A DNA stretch of 64,000 bases from Vicugna vicugna (lineage: Eukaryota): NCBI GenBank assembly GCA_013265495.1, contig MU058531.1, positions 2,232,911-2,296,910 of the forward strand. Direction: 5' to 3'. A model generated the notes under the pieces. It was not told the DNA's origin. It did no database searches and saw nothing but the letters and a program-made list of their open reading frames with translations. Of the stretch, positions 26,696 to 40,220 are shown in pieces. Positions within the stretch are counted from its first letter, which is position 1; every line of letters starts with the position of its first letter. The position numbers were made by a program, and so were the translations under genes.

Positions 26696-29600
26696 ATATA
26701 TGTGATTGGATGAAAATCCTCACTAGTGTAGGTAGAGAAGATGTCCAAAGACTGGGTACTAGGGGAAGACAACCACATGGATTATTTGTGATAGGAAAAA
26801 TAAAATAAAATAACCCAAATCTTCATTAACAACAGAATAGAAAAATAATCAGTGGCATATTCACATAAGACTGCCATTCAACAGGGAATGCATATATCTA
26901 TGTGAATGAATCTCAAAAACAACTTTAAATAAAAAAAACAGAGAAAATTTTCCACAAAAATCAAAAGCACAATATACTGTTTAGAAATACATTAAGACTG
27001 ATTAAGCTATAAAGAAAATCAAGGGAATTATTATCCAAATATAGGACAATATTATCTCTCCAGGGGAGAAAGAAGGTTCCAACTGGGAAGGTGAGTACAG
27101 AGGACTTCAAAGTTAATGGAAATTTCCTCAACTAGATGATGGGTACAAAGGTGTTCATTTTGCTTTTCTTCTTCCTTCTATATACTCTGGCATGTATAAT
27201 ATTAGATAATTAAAAAAGTAAAAAAAATTAAGTGTCAAATGGATGTTTCAAAATCTCTTTAAATGATTAAGTTTACAAGACAGAAAGGTAAGTGTACAAC
27301 CTATATAAGGTCTAAAAAGAAGGATGGATTTAATCATATAAAGAAAAGAGGGAAGGGCATTCTAGAACTGAGAATGAACACATCATGAACAACAGAGTAA
27401 ATTAGTGAGTCTGACTGAAGAAGAGGAAAGTTGGGTTGAAAAGTTCGGCTAAGGCCAGCTTACAAGATGCTTAAACGCTGGGTCAAGAAGTTTGGACTTG
27501 ATCTTGAAATAATGCAGAATCACTGGTGATGTCTAAGCAAGACAATGGCATGGGAAAATTGGCATATTTGTAGGATTAATTTGATAAGGATCAACTAATA
27601 AGGAAACAGGAGGCTGGAAAAGCCAGTTATAAAACTTGTAGATGTGAGACATCAGGGAAGATTATTATGGCCTGAACTAAGATTGTGACAGATGATCAAG
27701 TTTACTCCAAGAAATTTTAGGATGAAAGATTCAAGGGAGTTAGGTCTTGGGAATAGGCAGTGAAGGGAAAAGACAGATTCAAAGATTTCTCCAATTTTCA
27801 AGCTAAACTGAGAAAATGGTAACACCAACATATGCAAAACTAGGAAAATCAACAAAGAAAAACAGTTTTAAAGGAAAACCATTCATTCATGGATTCATGG
27901 GATAAATGTCAAGCACTGTAATACTTTCCCCTCAGGGAACAGCTTGTAAGGTCCCCTCCCCCCCTTTTTAAGTTACACACTTGTAATAGGCAAAGAGAAA
28001 CTATACAGTACTTTGGGAGGAATATAAGCTTTTACAGTTTTTAACTTTACAAGAATTTTATAAGTACCATTTTGAAAGAAGGGTACTGTGATAGTAATAC
28101 TGAGTTGTTTTTCAAAATACTGAAAAAAGCAACAGAACCCTAAAGTGGAGATGTTTAGTGAAAGGTCAGAGGTGAAGGAGTGGAACTACTGACTACCTGA
28201 CTGAAAGCTCCTTGAAGACAGAATTTATCACTGACTGAGCACAGTGAGTGATCACTACAGAACAGACCTTCAAGTAAGGCTGAACAAACAGATAGAGAAA
28301 AGTGAGGGCCCACTAAAGACAAGCCATTTAGGAACACCCAACCCAAGCCTCCAGAACCCAACATTCCTTAGAGGATCTACCACTATGGAAGGAGAGTGCT
28401 TTAGCCTTATCATCCTGGCTGAAAGGTAGGCTGAGCCTCTGGGTACCTGTTTAGGAGATTTAAAATACCAACAGAAAAATGAAAAAGAAACCAATTCTCA
28501 AGGAACCATACTGAACTTCTCCCCACATTGCTCCCTAGTGAGATTGTCCCCAACCCTACCTAACCTTTTAGGCAAATAGACAGAATGTAACTTTTTATGT
28601 GTGTGGCTAATGCTAAAGTTATTCAAAGGGATCCTGTCCTTTCAAACTGTTAAAAGACAATGTTCTAGTTAAAAGTAGTTTAAAAGCATGAATCTTAATA
28701 GTTAGTCCTACCTGGCATGTCACTGTTTCTTAAGCCTGTAGAACAGAGAAATGCAAGTAGAGCTGCCTGCAAAGTGAGATGACTGACACTCAGGCATTTC
28801 AAGTGGTTGCCAGGGACTGGGCTATTACCTCCAGGTTCTCCCAAGGTTCAGGTGATTCTGCAGAGCCCCTACTTCCCCAGTATGGCTACATAGAGAACAG
28901 TGAGGCTGCTTTTTAAATGAATTGATTTTACACAAATGCTTTAAGACCACCTCCTTCTCAAGAGATGAGAACAGGAAATAAATGTCCAAACACTGGCAGA
29001 GGCAATATAAAAAAAAACAGATAGGCTCTGGCACCAGATAGACACGGGTTAAATCCCAGCTCTTCCAGTAAATAGCTACTAATCATCTCTGTTAACACAT
29101 TCTTCCTACTATACTGAGTAGGACTGATTACCTTCTGTACGATCTGAATATGTGGTAACTTCAGATGTTATTAGTTCCTTCCTGAAACTACACCCCAATC
29201 CCTTCGATTGGACTTGTATTTTCCTTAATAGCCTCAGCCACTAATTTTTAGTGTAGAGCTTTCTAGATGGTTGATCTCATATATTATGCTTTGAACCTCC
29301 TGAATTTCCCTCTCTGAGAACAACCTTATCTTGAAGCTCTGGTTGTCCAACTAAAGCCCTGGACTTCATCAATGAAAGTGAAGAAGAGTGAGAAAAAGCA
29401 TGGAGAAAATCGAACTGTAAGTAGAACATATAAAACTTCTAGTTGTATAAAACTTAAAAATTGATGCTTCCTTTAAAATCACAAATTCTGTACAATGAAG
29501 ACAATATGGCGCAAAACAGCCTATTAACAACTAAAAACAAGAAGTGTTCTAACCTGAAGGAGGCCCAGAGAGGTACCCCATCTGTGCTAAGCACCCCCAC

Positions 29601-30769
29601 TTCCCTCTCTAAACTCGGGGATCTTTTTGCATGCTGTAGTGGATTTTGTGGCATAGTGGGAAATGGAAGAGGGAAGACAAGTTCCACAGATTCTTTATTT
29701 GCATTAGGCCTCCTTAGTACCACTACTGTCATCCTAGTTCAGGCAGTTACAAATTTCAACTGGTTTCTCTGCCTCAGGTCTCCCCACTCCCTCACAATCC
29801 TGCAAACAGCCACCAAACTTACTTTCTAATACTATAAGTTTCATTAGATCTCTTCCCACCTCAAAAACTCTTTTAATAGCTCCCTACCTACTATTCAACG
29901 GAAAAAGCCCGACTAAAATCCAAAACCCGCACTAGCGTTATCCTACTTTTGTAACACAGGGCTTGTTCCTCCTAATGCCTCCAAGGGAATTCTCTAAGGC
30001 TCCAACTAATCTGCTCACTGTTTCCGCCCCTCCAACACAGACAGACTACCTGCACACGTAGGCTGCATTACACCCCCTCTCCTCCACCTTCTGCCTCTCC
30101 TTCAAAGGCCAGGCCTCTATCTCTGCCCCGCACTATGCTCCTAAAACACGTACTGTCCGTCCAGCCCATCTTCTGACCCTCTCAAACACAACCTCTTCAG
30201 CTAGCATCTCAGTGCACTCCAACCGCTTTGAAGGCAGCTCACATTACTTACACAGAAGGACTATCACTGTGACCTGCGCTTAGTAGGTCCTAGGTAGTTT
30301 TTAAACCAGGAGGGGTTCAAATGATATATCTAAGTAGGGCAAGACAACACTGCCCATCTTTGCCAATTTCTCTTAATTCACAGTAAAGCGTATTCAGGGT
30401 TCGCTACAACGCTTAATATTTCTAGTACACACAGAGCAGCCAAGCGGAGAGAGCACGCCACCGGATGGCAAAAAAAAAACCTGCGTCCTAATCCTGGTTT
30501 TTGCCACATTCTCTGCAATTGTGGGGAAATCACACAGTCTCTCTGGGCCTCGGCTGTCTCGGTAAAACGAAGGAGCTGCCAAGATACAGGCTCCTAAATT
30601 CCCCTCAGAAAAGCCAACACTCAGCTACTCACTAAGGCGCAGGCAGGTAAAGTTTTACAGTTCCCCACGCTAGCGTTTCCAGACAGTAGTGGAAACTCAG
30701 TCCGCATAGGAAAAAGGGTTGAGAGGAAGGTGAGAAGCGGTCTCCCTGGACTCGGATGCCTTTACCCCA

Positions 30770-31880
30770 TGGCAAGGGACAGTCAGCCTCGGGTTCCCGG
30801 CCCCTCACAGGCAGACTCCCGTGTGGTGCGGCCCGGCGCAGCTTCCGAGAGCGGGCCCGGGTGACTCCGTCTGCGCCTGTGTCCCCCGCGCTTGTGACAC
30901 ACGCCGGTGATCCCAGGTCACAACCCCCTCCCGCCCTCACCCGCCTGAGGGACGCCCTCCTCTCCGGGCAAGGCCCTTCGTTCGCGCCCCGCGAGCCGCC
31001 CTTCCGGGCCGCGGGGTGGCCTCAGCGCGGCCGTCCGGGCCCCAGGCCGGCGGGACCGGCGGCGTGAGAGGCGGCGGCGGCGGCTTTAAGTGCTGAATCA
31101 CCACTTTGCAACCCGAGCTCCAAACCACCGTGACCCGCGGGCCCTGAGGGCCCGGGCGCTTCGCTCCGCTTACCCACAGAGGCGCTCCAGGGGCGGCAGG
31201 CGGACGCCGAGGATCGAGCGAAAGGTGCCGGGCAGCACGGGGTGCAGCAGCCACGCTAGCCGGTACCGCATACCCCAGCGCGGCCGCCGGGATCACCGCG
31301 AACGCTTCCTTCTAGCGCCGGAGCCGGCCTTGCTCACTGCGCATGCTCAGTACGCCGCGCCGCGCCGCCTCCCGGGAGCCGCCGAGCTGCCGCCGCTCCA
31401 GGTTTTGCCTGGAGCCTGACAGGGCGGAGACGACGGAGACGACGGGGACGCGGGGACGAACGGCGGCCAAGGCCGGAGCTAGCGGTTGGGACGGAGTCTC
31501 GCAGGGGAGCTGCGGGAACCCAGCCACCGGGCTTCCCCGGGCGGGAAGGGCCTGGCTAAGAAACACCGGGCGCTCGCGTGAGGGCGGCGATGTGTATCTG
31601 GCTCTGTGTAAGCCGGCGGTAGGGGACTCACGAACACCCTGAGGACGCAGGGGGCCATGTTTGCGGAGGCGCCCCCACTGGCTGTAGGCTCCGCCGTGCA
31701 GGTGTTGGAACAAAGTCCCCGGGCGAGGCGGCCTCCCAGAAAAAGGAGTCGGCTACCGGCGGCGACCCGCGGGCTCCCTCTAGAGCGCGGTGGAGAAGCG
31801 GACCGCGGGGTCGGGGACGCCGGAGTAGTTAGACCGAGGATCCCTCAGAGAGAGGCCAGGACCCTGGGAGGAGTTTCCAT
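30770..31880. promoter_or_regulatory. IDE CpG-island promoter with NRF1-like and ETS-like sites
   Basis: GC/CpG-dense block in AT-rich background; TGCGCATGCTCA at 31338-31349 (one mismatch to NRF1 YGCGCAYGCGCR); CGCTTCCT at 31303-31310; no obvious TATA box. Confidence 0.9.
31174..31271 (-). CDS. IDE: Insulin-degrading enzyme, coding part of exon 1 (98 nt)
   Basis: [33 protein letters not shown], matching the IDE N-terminus; donor GG|gtaagc; lies in a CpG island. Confidence 0.97.
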
Positions 31881-32006
31881 CCTGGGAATCTAGCAGCCCT
31901 TCAAAGAGCAAGGTGGAGATGGGACAGGCCACAACAAAACAAGCCTTTCGGGCATTTACAAACCCAGAATAGAAACTACAACTCTGTGCTACTACTATAG
32001 TTTAAA

Positions 32007-32061
32007 ACACACACACACACGCGCGCGCGCGCGCGCGCGCGCACACACACACACACACACA
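32007..32061. repeat. (AC)7(GC)11(AC)9A compound microsatellite
   Basis: Read directly; 55 bp of uninterrupted purine-pyrimidine alternation. Confidence 0.98.
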
Positions 32062-32509
32062 GTGTACTTCAGTCTCTATTTGTAAGACAAAACCTTTAGA
32101 CCTTTTTCTCTGATGGCTTTCTGGCGTTCTGCATCGGAGAACTACTTAATAGTTGTTATGGATCTGACCTTCCGTTACACTGTTTTACAGGAGGCTTCAA
32201 AGAAGAGCGCAACTAGGGTTAGCAATTCCCTAGCTTAAGTGCTTTTAAGTTCCTGATGTGGCCGACCAAAATCTGCAAAGAAAAACAGTGCTCTGAATCC
32301 TATTATTGCTTCAAATGGGAATTAAGGCGGAGAATCTCTTAATCAGGTGGACGCTTCATCCTTCATACTTGGGGATCTTTTTTACCATTCAGTTGCAGCT
32401 AAAGGCAAACCCTAGAGATGAAAACCCTAGAGGTAGCAGAAAGGAGGAGGCACTGCTAATGCAATGTGAAGTCAAATTCCACCATGTTACATTCTAGCTC
32501 CAACCCATC

Positions 32510-32930
32510 TGTATATATAGTTTCCTGTGGCTGCCAAAATAAATTACCACAAACTTAGTGACTTGAAACAGCAGAAATTTATTTTCTCACAATCTGGAGG
32601 CCAGAAGTCCAAAATCAAAATGTTGGCAGGGCTGCACTCCCTACAGAAGGTCTTAGGAGAGAATGTGCTCTTTGAGCTTCTTGTAGATGCCAGCTTCCTT
32701 GGCTTGAGGTCACATCACTCCAATCTCTGCTGCCACCTTTACAGAGCCTTCTCCTCTGTATGTCTTTTTTTATTTTGTCTCTTCTAAGGACATTTGTCAT
32801 TGGATTTACGGCACAATCAGGTAATCCAGGATGATCTCATCTCATCCCTAACTTAATTACACCTTCAGAGACACTTTTTCCAAATAATGTAAAACAGGCT
32901 CCTGGGATTAGGCAGTTACTGACCCTACCG
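32510..32930 (-). mobile_element. MaLR LTR (MLT1-like)
   Basis: aaattaccacaaacttagtgacttgaaacagcagaaatttattttctcacaatctggaggccagaagtcc. Confidence 0.85.
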
Positions 32931-33239
32931 TTCCAGCCTCCACCCCTGCCTTCCACCAACTCCAGTTCACACAGCTTTCACAGCTAATTGATGCTTCTAA
33001 CTTGTCAGTGCTCTAGCAAATTTCCAGTCTTCTTGAGAAGGAACTTTTCAGTTCCATTCCACACATATCCCATTGGAAATGAGCACTCTCTCATCTGAGC
33101 TGCCACTCTTTAAAGGCACTTATTTGAATCTTAGCCTTCCATTTGTGTAAGAAGCAGTAGGTTAGGAATGGTGGCTTAGGCATTTTTGTATGTTACCTGG
33201 CAGCAAGCATAGTGCTTAGTTAATGCTTGTCAAATGCAT

Positions 33240-34600
33240 GTTTGCTGAATCTTACTAAGCCTCTAGATGTAACTACCATTTATGGGAAGTACAGGAGACA
33301 AGCATGTTAAATCACACCATAAGACTACAACCAGCAAAATTTATAATTTTGGAACATTGCACAACAAATGACCCTATTTCTTTGACAAATAAGTTGCAAA
33401 ATTAAAAAAGAGAGGAAGGAGAAGCCTATGGGTTAAAGGAGACTTAGAATTGACAAGCTATGACAAGCTGTTTATAAAATTTTATATGAAAATGCAAAGG
33501 TCAGGGAAGACCCAAGCCAATCTTGAAGGAGAATCTGGAACACCTACACTACCAAACATTAAGAGTTACTATTAATCTATAGTAATTGAGATAATATGTT
33601 ATTGCACAAAGGCAGACAAATAGGCCATGGAAAACTAGTAGTGAGTACTAAAGTTGCACATATGCATACGTTATGACCCAGCAATTCCACTTCTAGCTAT
33701 ATACCCATCAGAAATGTGAAGATACATCAACGAAAATACATGCACTAGAATGTCCACAGAAGCACAATTAGTAATAGTCCCAAACTGGAAACAATCCAAA
33801 TGCCATCAACAGTAAAATGCACAGAAAAAATAGCTTGGGGAATAGACACACAATGGAATACTACAGTGATTAAAATAAACATACAAAAATTATACTCAGC
33901 AATATGGATGAATCTCACAAACATGGTGAAAGAAGCCAGACCCAAAAAACTATATACTATATGAGTCTATTTATATAAAGTTGAAAACCAGACAAAACTA
34001 TAGTATTAGAAGTCAGGTTAGTGGTTACTCTGGGGTCAGCAGTCACTGAAAGAGAGAAGGAGGGACCTGTGGGGTGTGTTTTTCATGGGTGTGTTCAGTT
34101 CTTGACAATGAATTCAGCTGTACAATTATAATTTATTTACTTTTCTGTTTGCAATACTTCAATAAAATCTTCAAAAAGAGAGAATCTTCAAAAATGCAAA
34201 ACAGAGAAGAGATATATTAACCAAATGAAATGTTTGGTTCTTTAAATCCTGATTTGAAGAAACTCATTGTGAGAAAGAAACATTTTATGAGACAATCAGA
34301 AAAAGTAAGAACACTGACTAGACACTTGATATTAGGTAATTACATTAATTTGTGGGGTTATATTAGTGGCTGTTCACAGCAGCTTCTTTTTTTCTATACA
34401 GCTCTTTGAGATATAGACTGAAATAATACGATGCCTGGTATTTGGTTCAGAATAATTGAGTGGAAGATGAGGGCAAAGGGAGAATACTGGTCATGAACTG
34501 ATAATTATTGAAACTGGATAATGGATGCCTGGGGGATTTATAATACTATTCTCTTTGCTTTTGTACGTGTTTGAAATTTTCCATCATAAAAACTTTTATA
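33240..34600 (+). mobile_element. Old L1 (L1MC/L1ME-like) nested fragments
   Basis: tatgacccagcaattccacttctag, tggatgaatctcacaaacat and 3' UTR motifs. Confidence 0.7.
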
Positions 34601-37197
34601 ATGTATATTAGTTTTAAGTAGTACTTTCATAGTACTATGGTAATAACAATGCCTAAAAGCAACATGAATTTCTTTAAATGTTTATAGACAACTGATATAT
34701 TAATTACAAATTTGTTAAAAGTTTCCCTAAATGACTCATACTTGCTAGCCCTTAGTGGTAAGTTTGAGTTACTTTATGGGCAGTGCTTGAAATTTTAATG
34801 TTAAAATCTATAATTCATATTTTCCATAGTTAAGACTACTTTTGATTTATCCATTCAACAAATATGGGTCCAGATCTTGCTTTGGATGTTGAGGATACCT
34901 TACAGAAAAGAGCCACCAGGTTTCTGTTCATATGGGGTTTATACTATAGTGAGAGAGAGAAACAAGTAAATTACTACTTACATAAAGAATTATATAAAGT
35001 GATTAAAATAATATTAGGGTAAACAGGGTGTTTCCTGTTTGGGTCAGGTTCACCCAAATTAACAGTGCTGGGACTTTCCCTCCATCATCACTACTGCCCC
35101 TCTGGGTGGAGGGAGGTGGCAAAGATTCGCCATCTATATTAAGGGAGCTTATGCATGTCCTGGGCTGTTGACAATAGGAGGGTGCACATGGGACAATTTA
35201 GGTGGCAGTTCATCAGCAAAAGCTCAGGGTATAGGGTTCAGGGTTTGGGCTGCACAGGCTGCTACCGTTGGAGAGACAGCTTCTGTCATCCTTCTCATAG
35301 GCTAACTCTCCACCAGGTAATTATATATACTTGTTTGTTTTCTTCTTTTCTTTTTTATTTAAACAACCCCTAACCTCCATTAGCTTCTTCCTCCTTCATC
35401 CCTTTCTTTCCATCCAATGTCCCAGGCAGGAGTTTCTCAAGTAGAGTTTGAAAGTTGTGGAGGGGCAGTTATCTACTTCTCCCTGTGTCACTGCCTTGCT
35501 TAGGGTTCTTCTCAGGGCCTTCCCTTAAGAGCCTAGTTTCAAAGCTACAAATACTGAATATTGTTTTTTTTCTCTTTGCGTTCCTGCCATAAGACCCCTA
35601 ATTGTCCTAGACACCCCCTATATCTAGGAAAAGGTAATGAGGTGTGGCAAATAAAGGAAAACATGGAGAGTAAAATTTCAACATCTTCTTTTGCTATGTG
35701 GAGAAAGAAATAAATGGGGTTTCGTAAGTGAGTTGTTGGTGGGGAACTAATTTAGATAGAGTGGTTGGGAAAGGACTCTGAGGAAGTGACATTTAAGTTG
35801 TGACCTGAAAGGTGACAGAGAGAGAATTATAAGAACAGGTAAGGGAAAGACTCCAAGCAGTGGAAACATCAATCCCAAAGGTTTGAGATAAGAGACAGTC
35901 TGCATGCATGTTCTGGAATTTGACAGAAAACCAGAGAACTGGAAACTCTTTCTTTTCCTTTCTTTCCCAACTAATTGGTGCTACTGAGATTCTACTTTTA
36001 GAACACTAATAATAGTAACCAAAATTTGGATTTGGGGAAACTCAGTTCTTAAGTATTTGGGGATTGTTTCCTTACAGGTTTATTAACAGTTTACGAACTG
36101 TGTTTTTTCCTTAGTTTATAAGCACAAGCAGATATACTTACTGTTTGTTTTCTTTGGCATCCATACCCACAGACTTACAGTAGTTGAACCTAACATGATT
36201 CTGGCAACCATGGAGAAAGATAGCTAAGTTGTTACCCCTCAACTATTCACTAAAGAATTGCATAGATGTTGCTCAAGTGCCTTAAAAGATCATATCCATA
36301 AAAATGTTTATGAAAATTTTTTAGAGCTTTGAAGAATGTTTAAGTTATGTTAAATGAAAATTCAAGATCTAAAACTACATATTTATGATTTCAATTATCA
36401 AAAATATAGAGACATTGGAAAGAAATACATCAAAATAATAATAGTAATCACTAGGTGGTAGAAATCTATTATATGTATATAGGAGTTTGAGAGAAAAAGA
36501 AGAGAAAAAAAACAGTAGAAATGTTCAATGAATACTTCAAAACTATTTTCCAGAACTGACCTTGTGGTCACATTTAGTATCATTTAAATAAAATAATGTG
36601 GTATTTCTTACACCACAAGATCGTGGTTGCAAAATCATACCTGCTATGATAGTTATACTAGGGTAAAATTTAAGGACATAAAAATTATAGTAATCAGAAT
36701 AAATTAATTACTATGGAAAATTAGATGTTGGTGAGCTGGTGATTTATCTAACACCCTAAGTTCTCCAGATTGCTAGTAACTTCCAACAAGTTCCACATAG
36801 AAAGTCCAAAATAGTAGCAAACACTTACCATCTTTCAGTTATTATTTAGAAAGGCCTAGCGACCTGCTTAGAAGGAAATATAGTGAGAACAAAACAGAAA
36901 ATATAATTCTACACTTGGATAGCAGGATGTCTATTAAATATGCTTTTCTTTGTTGTGAAGGTAGAAATAAAGCTCTGTGAAGTGATGAGAAGCACTTTTT
37001 TTTCCAAAGGTTCTAAAGGTTCTCTTTACCACTGAACAATATTCAATTCTCTGAATGTATCACAGTTTATTTACCCATTCATTTACTGAAAGGACATCTT
37101 GGTAGCTTTCAAGTTTTGGCACTTATGAATAAGCTTCTATAAACATCCACGTGCAAGTTTTCATGTGGACATAAGTTTTCCACCTCTTTGAGTAGAT

Positions 37198-37370
37198 CCA
37201 GTCATCCCTCAGTGCTCACGGGGATTGGTTCCAGGACAACCTCGTGGACTTCACAATCTGCAGATGTGCAAGTCCCTTACATAAAATGGTGTAGTATATA
37301 GTTGGCCCTCCATATCAGTGAGTTCCACATCCTTAGATTCAACCCACCATGGATCAAAAATCAATTTACA
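37198..37370. mobile_element. MER2-like (Tigger family) fragment within an L1 fragment
   Basis: cagtcatccctc...ggggattggttccaggac...caagtcccttacataaaatggtgtagta. Confidence 0.75.
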
Positions 37371-37519
37371 TCCGTGATCCATTTCATTTTGTGAAGGGTG
37401 TAAGGTCTGTGTCTAGAGTCATTTTTTTTTGCCAGAAGCAATTTTATGTTTAAAAATTAATCACTGCAGAGAGAAGATGCAGAAGTACTTCTGTCTCAAA
37501 TAGCAAAAATCATACTGAA

Positions 37520-38240
37520 ATTTTTTTTATTGAGATACAATTCATATAACATAACATTTGCCATTTAAAAGTATACATATCAGTGGTTTCTTTATACTCT
37601 CAAGGTTGTGCAACCATCACCACTAATTCCAAAATATTTTAATCACCCTAAAAAGAAACTCAATCAGCAATTAGCCCCACCCCCTGCAGGCCCTCATTCT
37701 CCAGACTCTGGTAACCACTAATCTACCTTCTGTCTGGATTTTCTTCTGAACATTTGATACAAATGGAATCATACACTATGTGGTCTTTTGTGTTAGGCTC
37801 CTTTCACTTAGCATAGTCTTTTCATGTGATAGCATGTATCAGTACTTTACTTTTTACTGTGGACTGGTAAATATTCCATTGCTTAGATGTGCTACATGTT
37901 AAAAAAATTCATTCATCGGTTGATAGACATGTGGATGGTTTCCACTTTTTTTGCTGTTATGAATAGTATTGCAATTGAATGTTTGTGTACAATTTTTATG
38001 TGGACATTTGCTTTTATTTCTATTGAGTGTATACATAGGAATGGAATTCCTGGGTCATGTGGTAACTCTGTTTAAGCTTTTGAGGAACTGCAAGGCTGTT
38101 CTGCAAAATGGCTATACCATTTTCATTCCCACCAGCAGTACTTGAGGATTCCAGTTTCTTCACATCCTTACACTTATCATTCTCCTTTTTTTTTTTTTAA
38201 CACAGCCGAACTAGTGGATGTGAGGTAGTATCTCTGCACT
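37520..38240 (-). mobile_element. L1MB-like 3' end
   Basis: T-tract then ttgagatacaattcatataac...; cattcccaccagcag. Confidence 0.85.
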
Positions 38241-38770
38241 GAGATTTTAAAAGTATTTGTGGAAAAATTACTGATTGTAGACTAAATACTGATTGTGGAG
38301 CAACTATTGATTATTTTAATCAGTAAAAGTTTTTCAAGCCAAAAGTTCAGTTTTTTCTGAAGTGATTAATGAGAGTGTAATTAATGAATAATCACTATCT
38401 CCTACTCTAGCCATGTTTTATGACTTCCCACAAGTATCTAAGTCAAGTTATACAACCCAGACAATTATACAAATATTGGATGACTGTATTTCTGATGGAT
38501 ATAGAAAGGCTGTACAATAAAACCATTGACAGCTAGAGAATCCTGTATGACAGCACACAGAAAGAGAAATTTTCTACATTTAATGGAGAACAGAGTATCA
38601 CTACATTTAATCTTATTTGGGATCTTTGCATTGACTTGTTTAATCCACTAACTGAAGCCCTTTAAAAAAGAAATCCATTAGAATATAAATTCAGGTTCCT
38701 CATCAGCACTAACTAAGACATTTAACATAACAGCAATAGAATGCATAAGGTATTTTTATGGTATCCTTCC

Positions 38771-39228
38771 TGTGGTAGGCTGAATAACATTCCCCCAAAA
38801 GATAGTCACATCCTAATCCTTTTAAATGTTACCTTATGAAACAAAAAAGGATTCTGCAGATGTTAAATTAAAGATCTTGGTGGGGGTGTTGTCCTGGATT
38901 ACCAGGTGGGCCCTAAATGTAACCACACACATCCTTATAAGAGAGAGACAGGAGATGTGACACAGAAGAGAAAGCATGGGGGGTAAGTTGAAGTGATGTG
39001 CCACAAACCAAGTAATGCTAGCAGCCACCAGAAGGCCAGAAGGCACAAGAAATGGATTCTCCCCTAGAACCTCCAGAGGGAGCCTGGCCCTGCTGACACT
39101 TTGATTTTGACCTAGTGAAATTGACTTCAGACATCTGGCTTCCAGAACTGTTAAAGAATAAATTTCTGTTATTTTAAACCACCAAGCTTGCTATGATTTG
39201 TTATAGCAGTCATAGGAAACTAATATAC
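38771..39228 (+). mobile_element. MaLR LTR (MLT1D-like)
   Basis: tgtggtaggctgaataa...gaataaatttctgttattttaaaccacc...ataggaaactaatatac. Confidence 0.85.
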
Positions 39229-39529
39229 CCCTCAAAAATAATCTGAAGTGAAAATACTTAGAATCTGGAATTCTATGTACAACCTACCTAGCAATCAAGA
39301 GTCAGTAGAATAAAAACATTTTCAGACAAGCAAGTTCTCAAGAAATTGATCTCTGCACTCTTTCTCAGGAAGCTAAGGAGGATGTGCTCCACCTAAGTAA
39401 GGGAATAAACCAAGAAACATGCTCTTCAACCTGGGAACTTGGCAAAGGGAATTCCAAGGATGGAAAACCCTACGATAGTAGCTGGTATGGGCCTAGAGAG
39501 TACGCAGTTCACTTAGAAACAATCTGAAA

Positions 39530-40220
39530 AAGTTTCTTCTGTATAGCACAGGAAACTATGTTCAATATCTTGTAATAGCCTTTAATGAAAAAATAAATGA
39601 AAACAAGTATGTTACCGAGTTCAAACTTGTTCTGCTCGCCACACTCCGGGCCAGTAAATTGGGAGACAAGGTGTTGGGGCAAGGATTAGCGACTTCATTC
39701 GGAAGGTCGGCAGACGGAGAGGATGGCAGACTAATGTCTTGGAAAACCATCCTATTCCAGTCAGAATACAGGCTCCTTTCATACAGAAATACAGGGGAGG
39801 GGGTGTGGTTGGTTGTTGCAAACTTCTTGCCCCAGAAATTGTTTGTTCTCTGTCCGTGTGGGTCAGGCCATGGTGTCCCTGTAAACCTCCAACAAAACAA
39901 AGGTTATTCTCTTATTTTGCAACTTGCTGTCTCTACATAAGTGCAGAAGTGCTAACATCCTTAAAGGTCAGAGCCTTGAGAATAGGCTCTCTTGTATATT
40001 TCAGGCTAAAGGCAATATGGTTTTACAAAAGGTGCAGAGCTAGCAAAACTAAGCCTAGAAAACAGGGCATAGTGGTTAAAACTAAAGGAACAGATCTAAT
40101 ATAGAGTCAGATTTGTTCTCTATCACAAATATACATATGTATATGCATGACAGGAACATTGTGCTGTACACCAGAAAGTGACACATTATCATTGACTCTA
40201 CTTCAATAATAATAAAAAAA
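39530..40220 (+). mobile_element. Short L1 3' tail interrupted by an LTR
   Basis: tatagcacaggaaactat... resumes at 40128 and runs to an A-tail; degenerate TSD starting agaaacaa at 39515 and 40221. Confidence 0.8.
39610..40127 (-). mobile_element. ERV1-class solo LTR (518 bp)
   Basis: TG...CA termini, near-TSD AGTA/AATA, splits a colinear L1 tail. Confidence 0.8.

Noticed and set aside
30632..31893. Several 78-133 aa Arg/Pro/Ala/Gly-rich ORFs
   Set aside because: Expected stop-codon depletion in a CpG island; no recognisable protein
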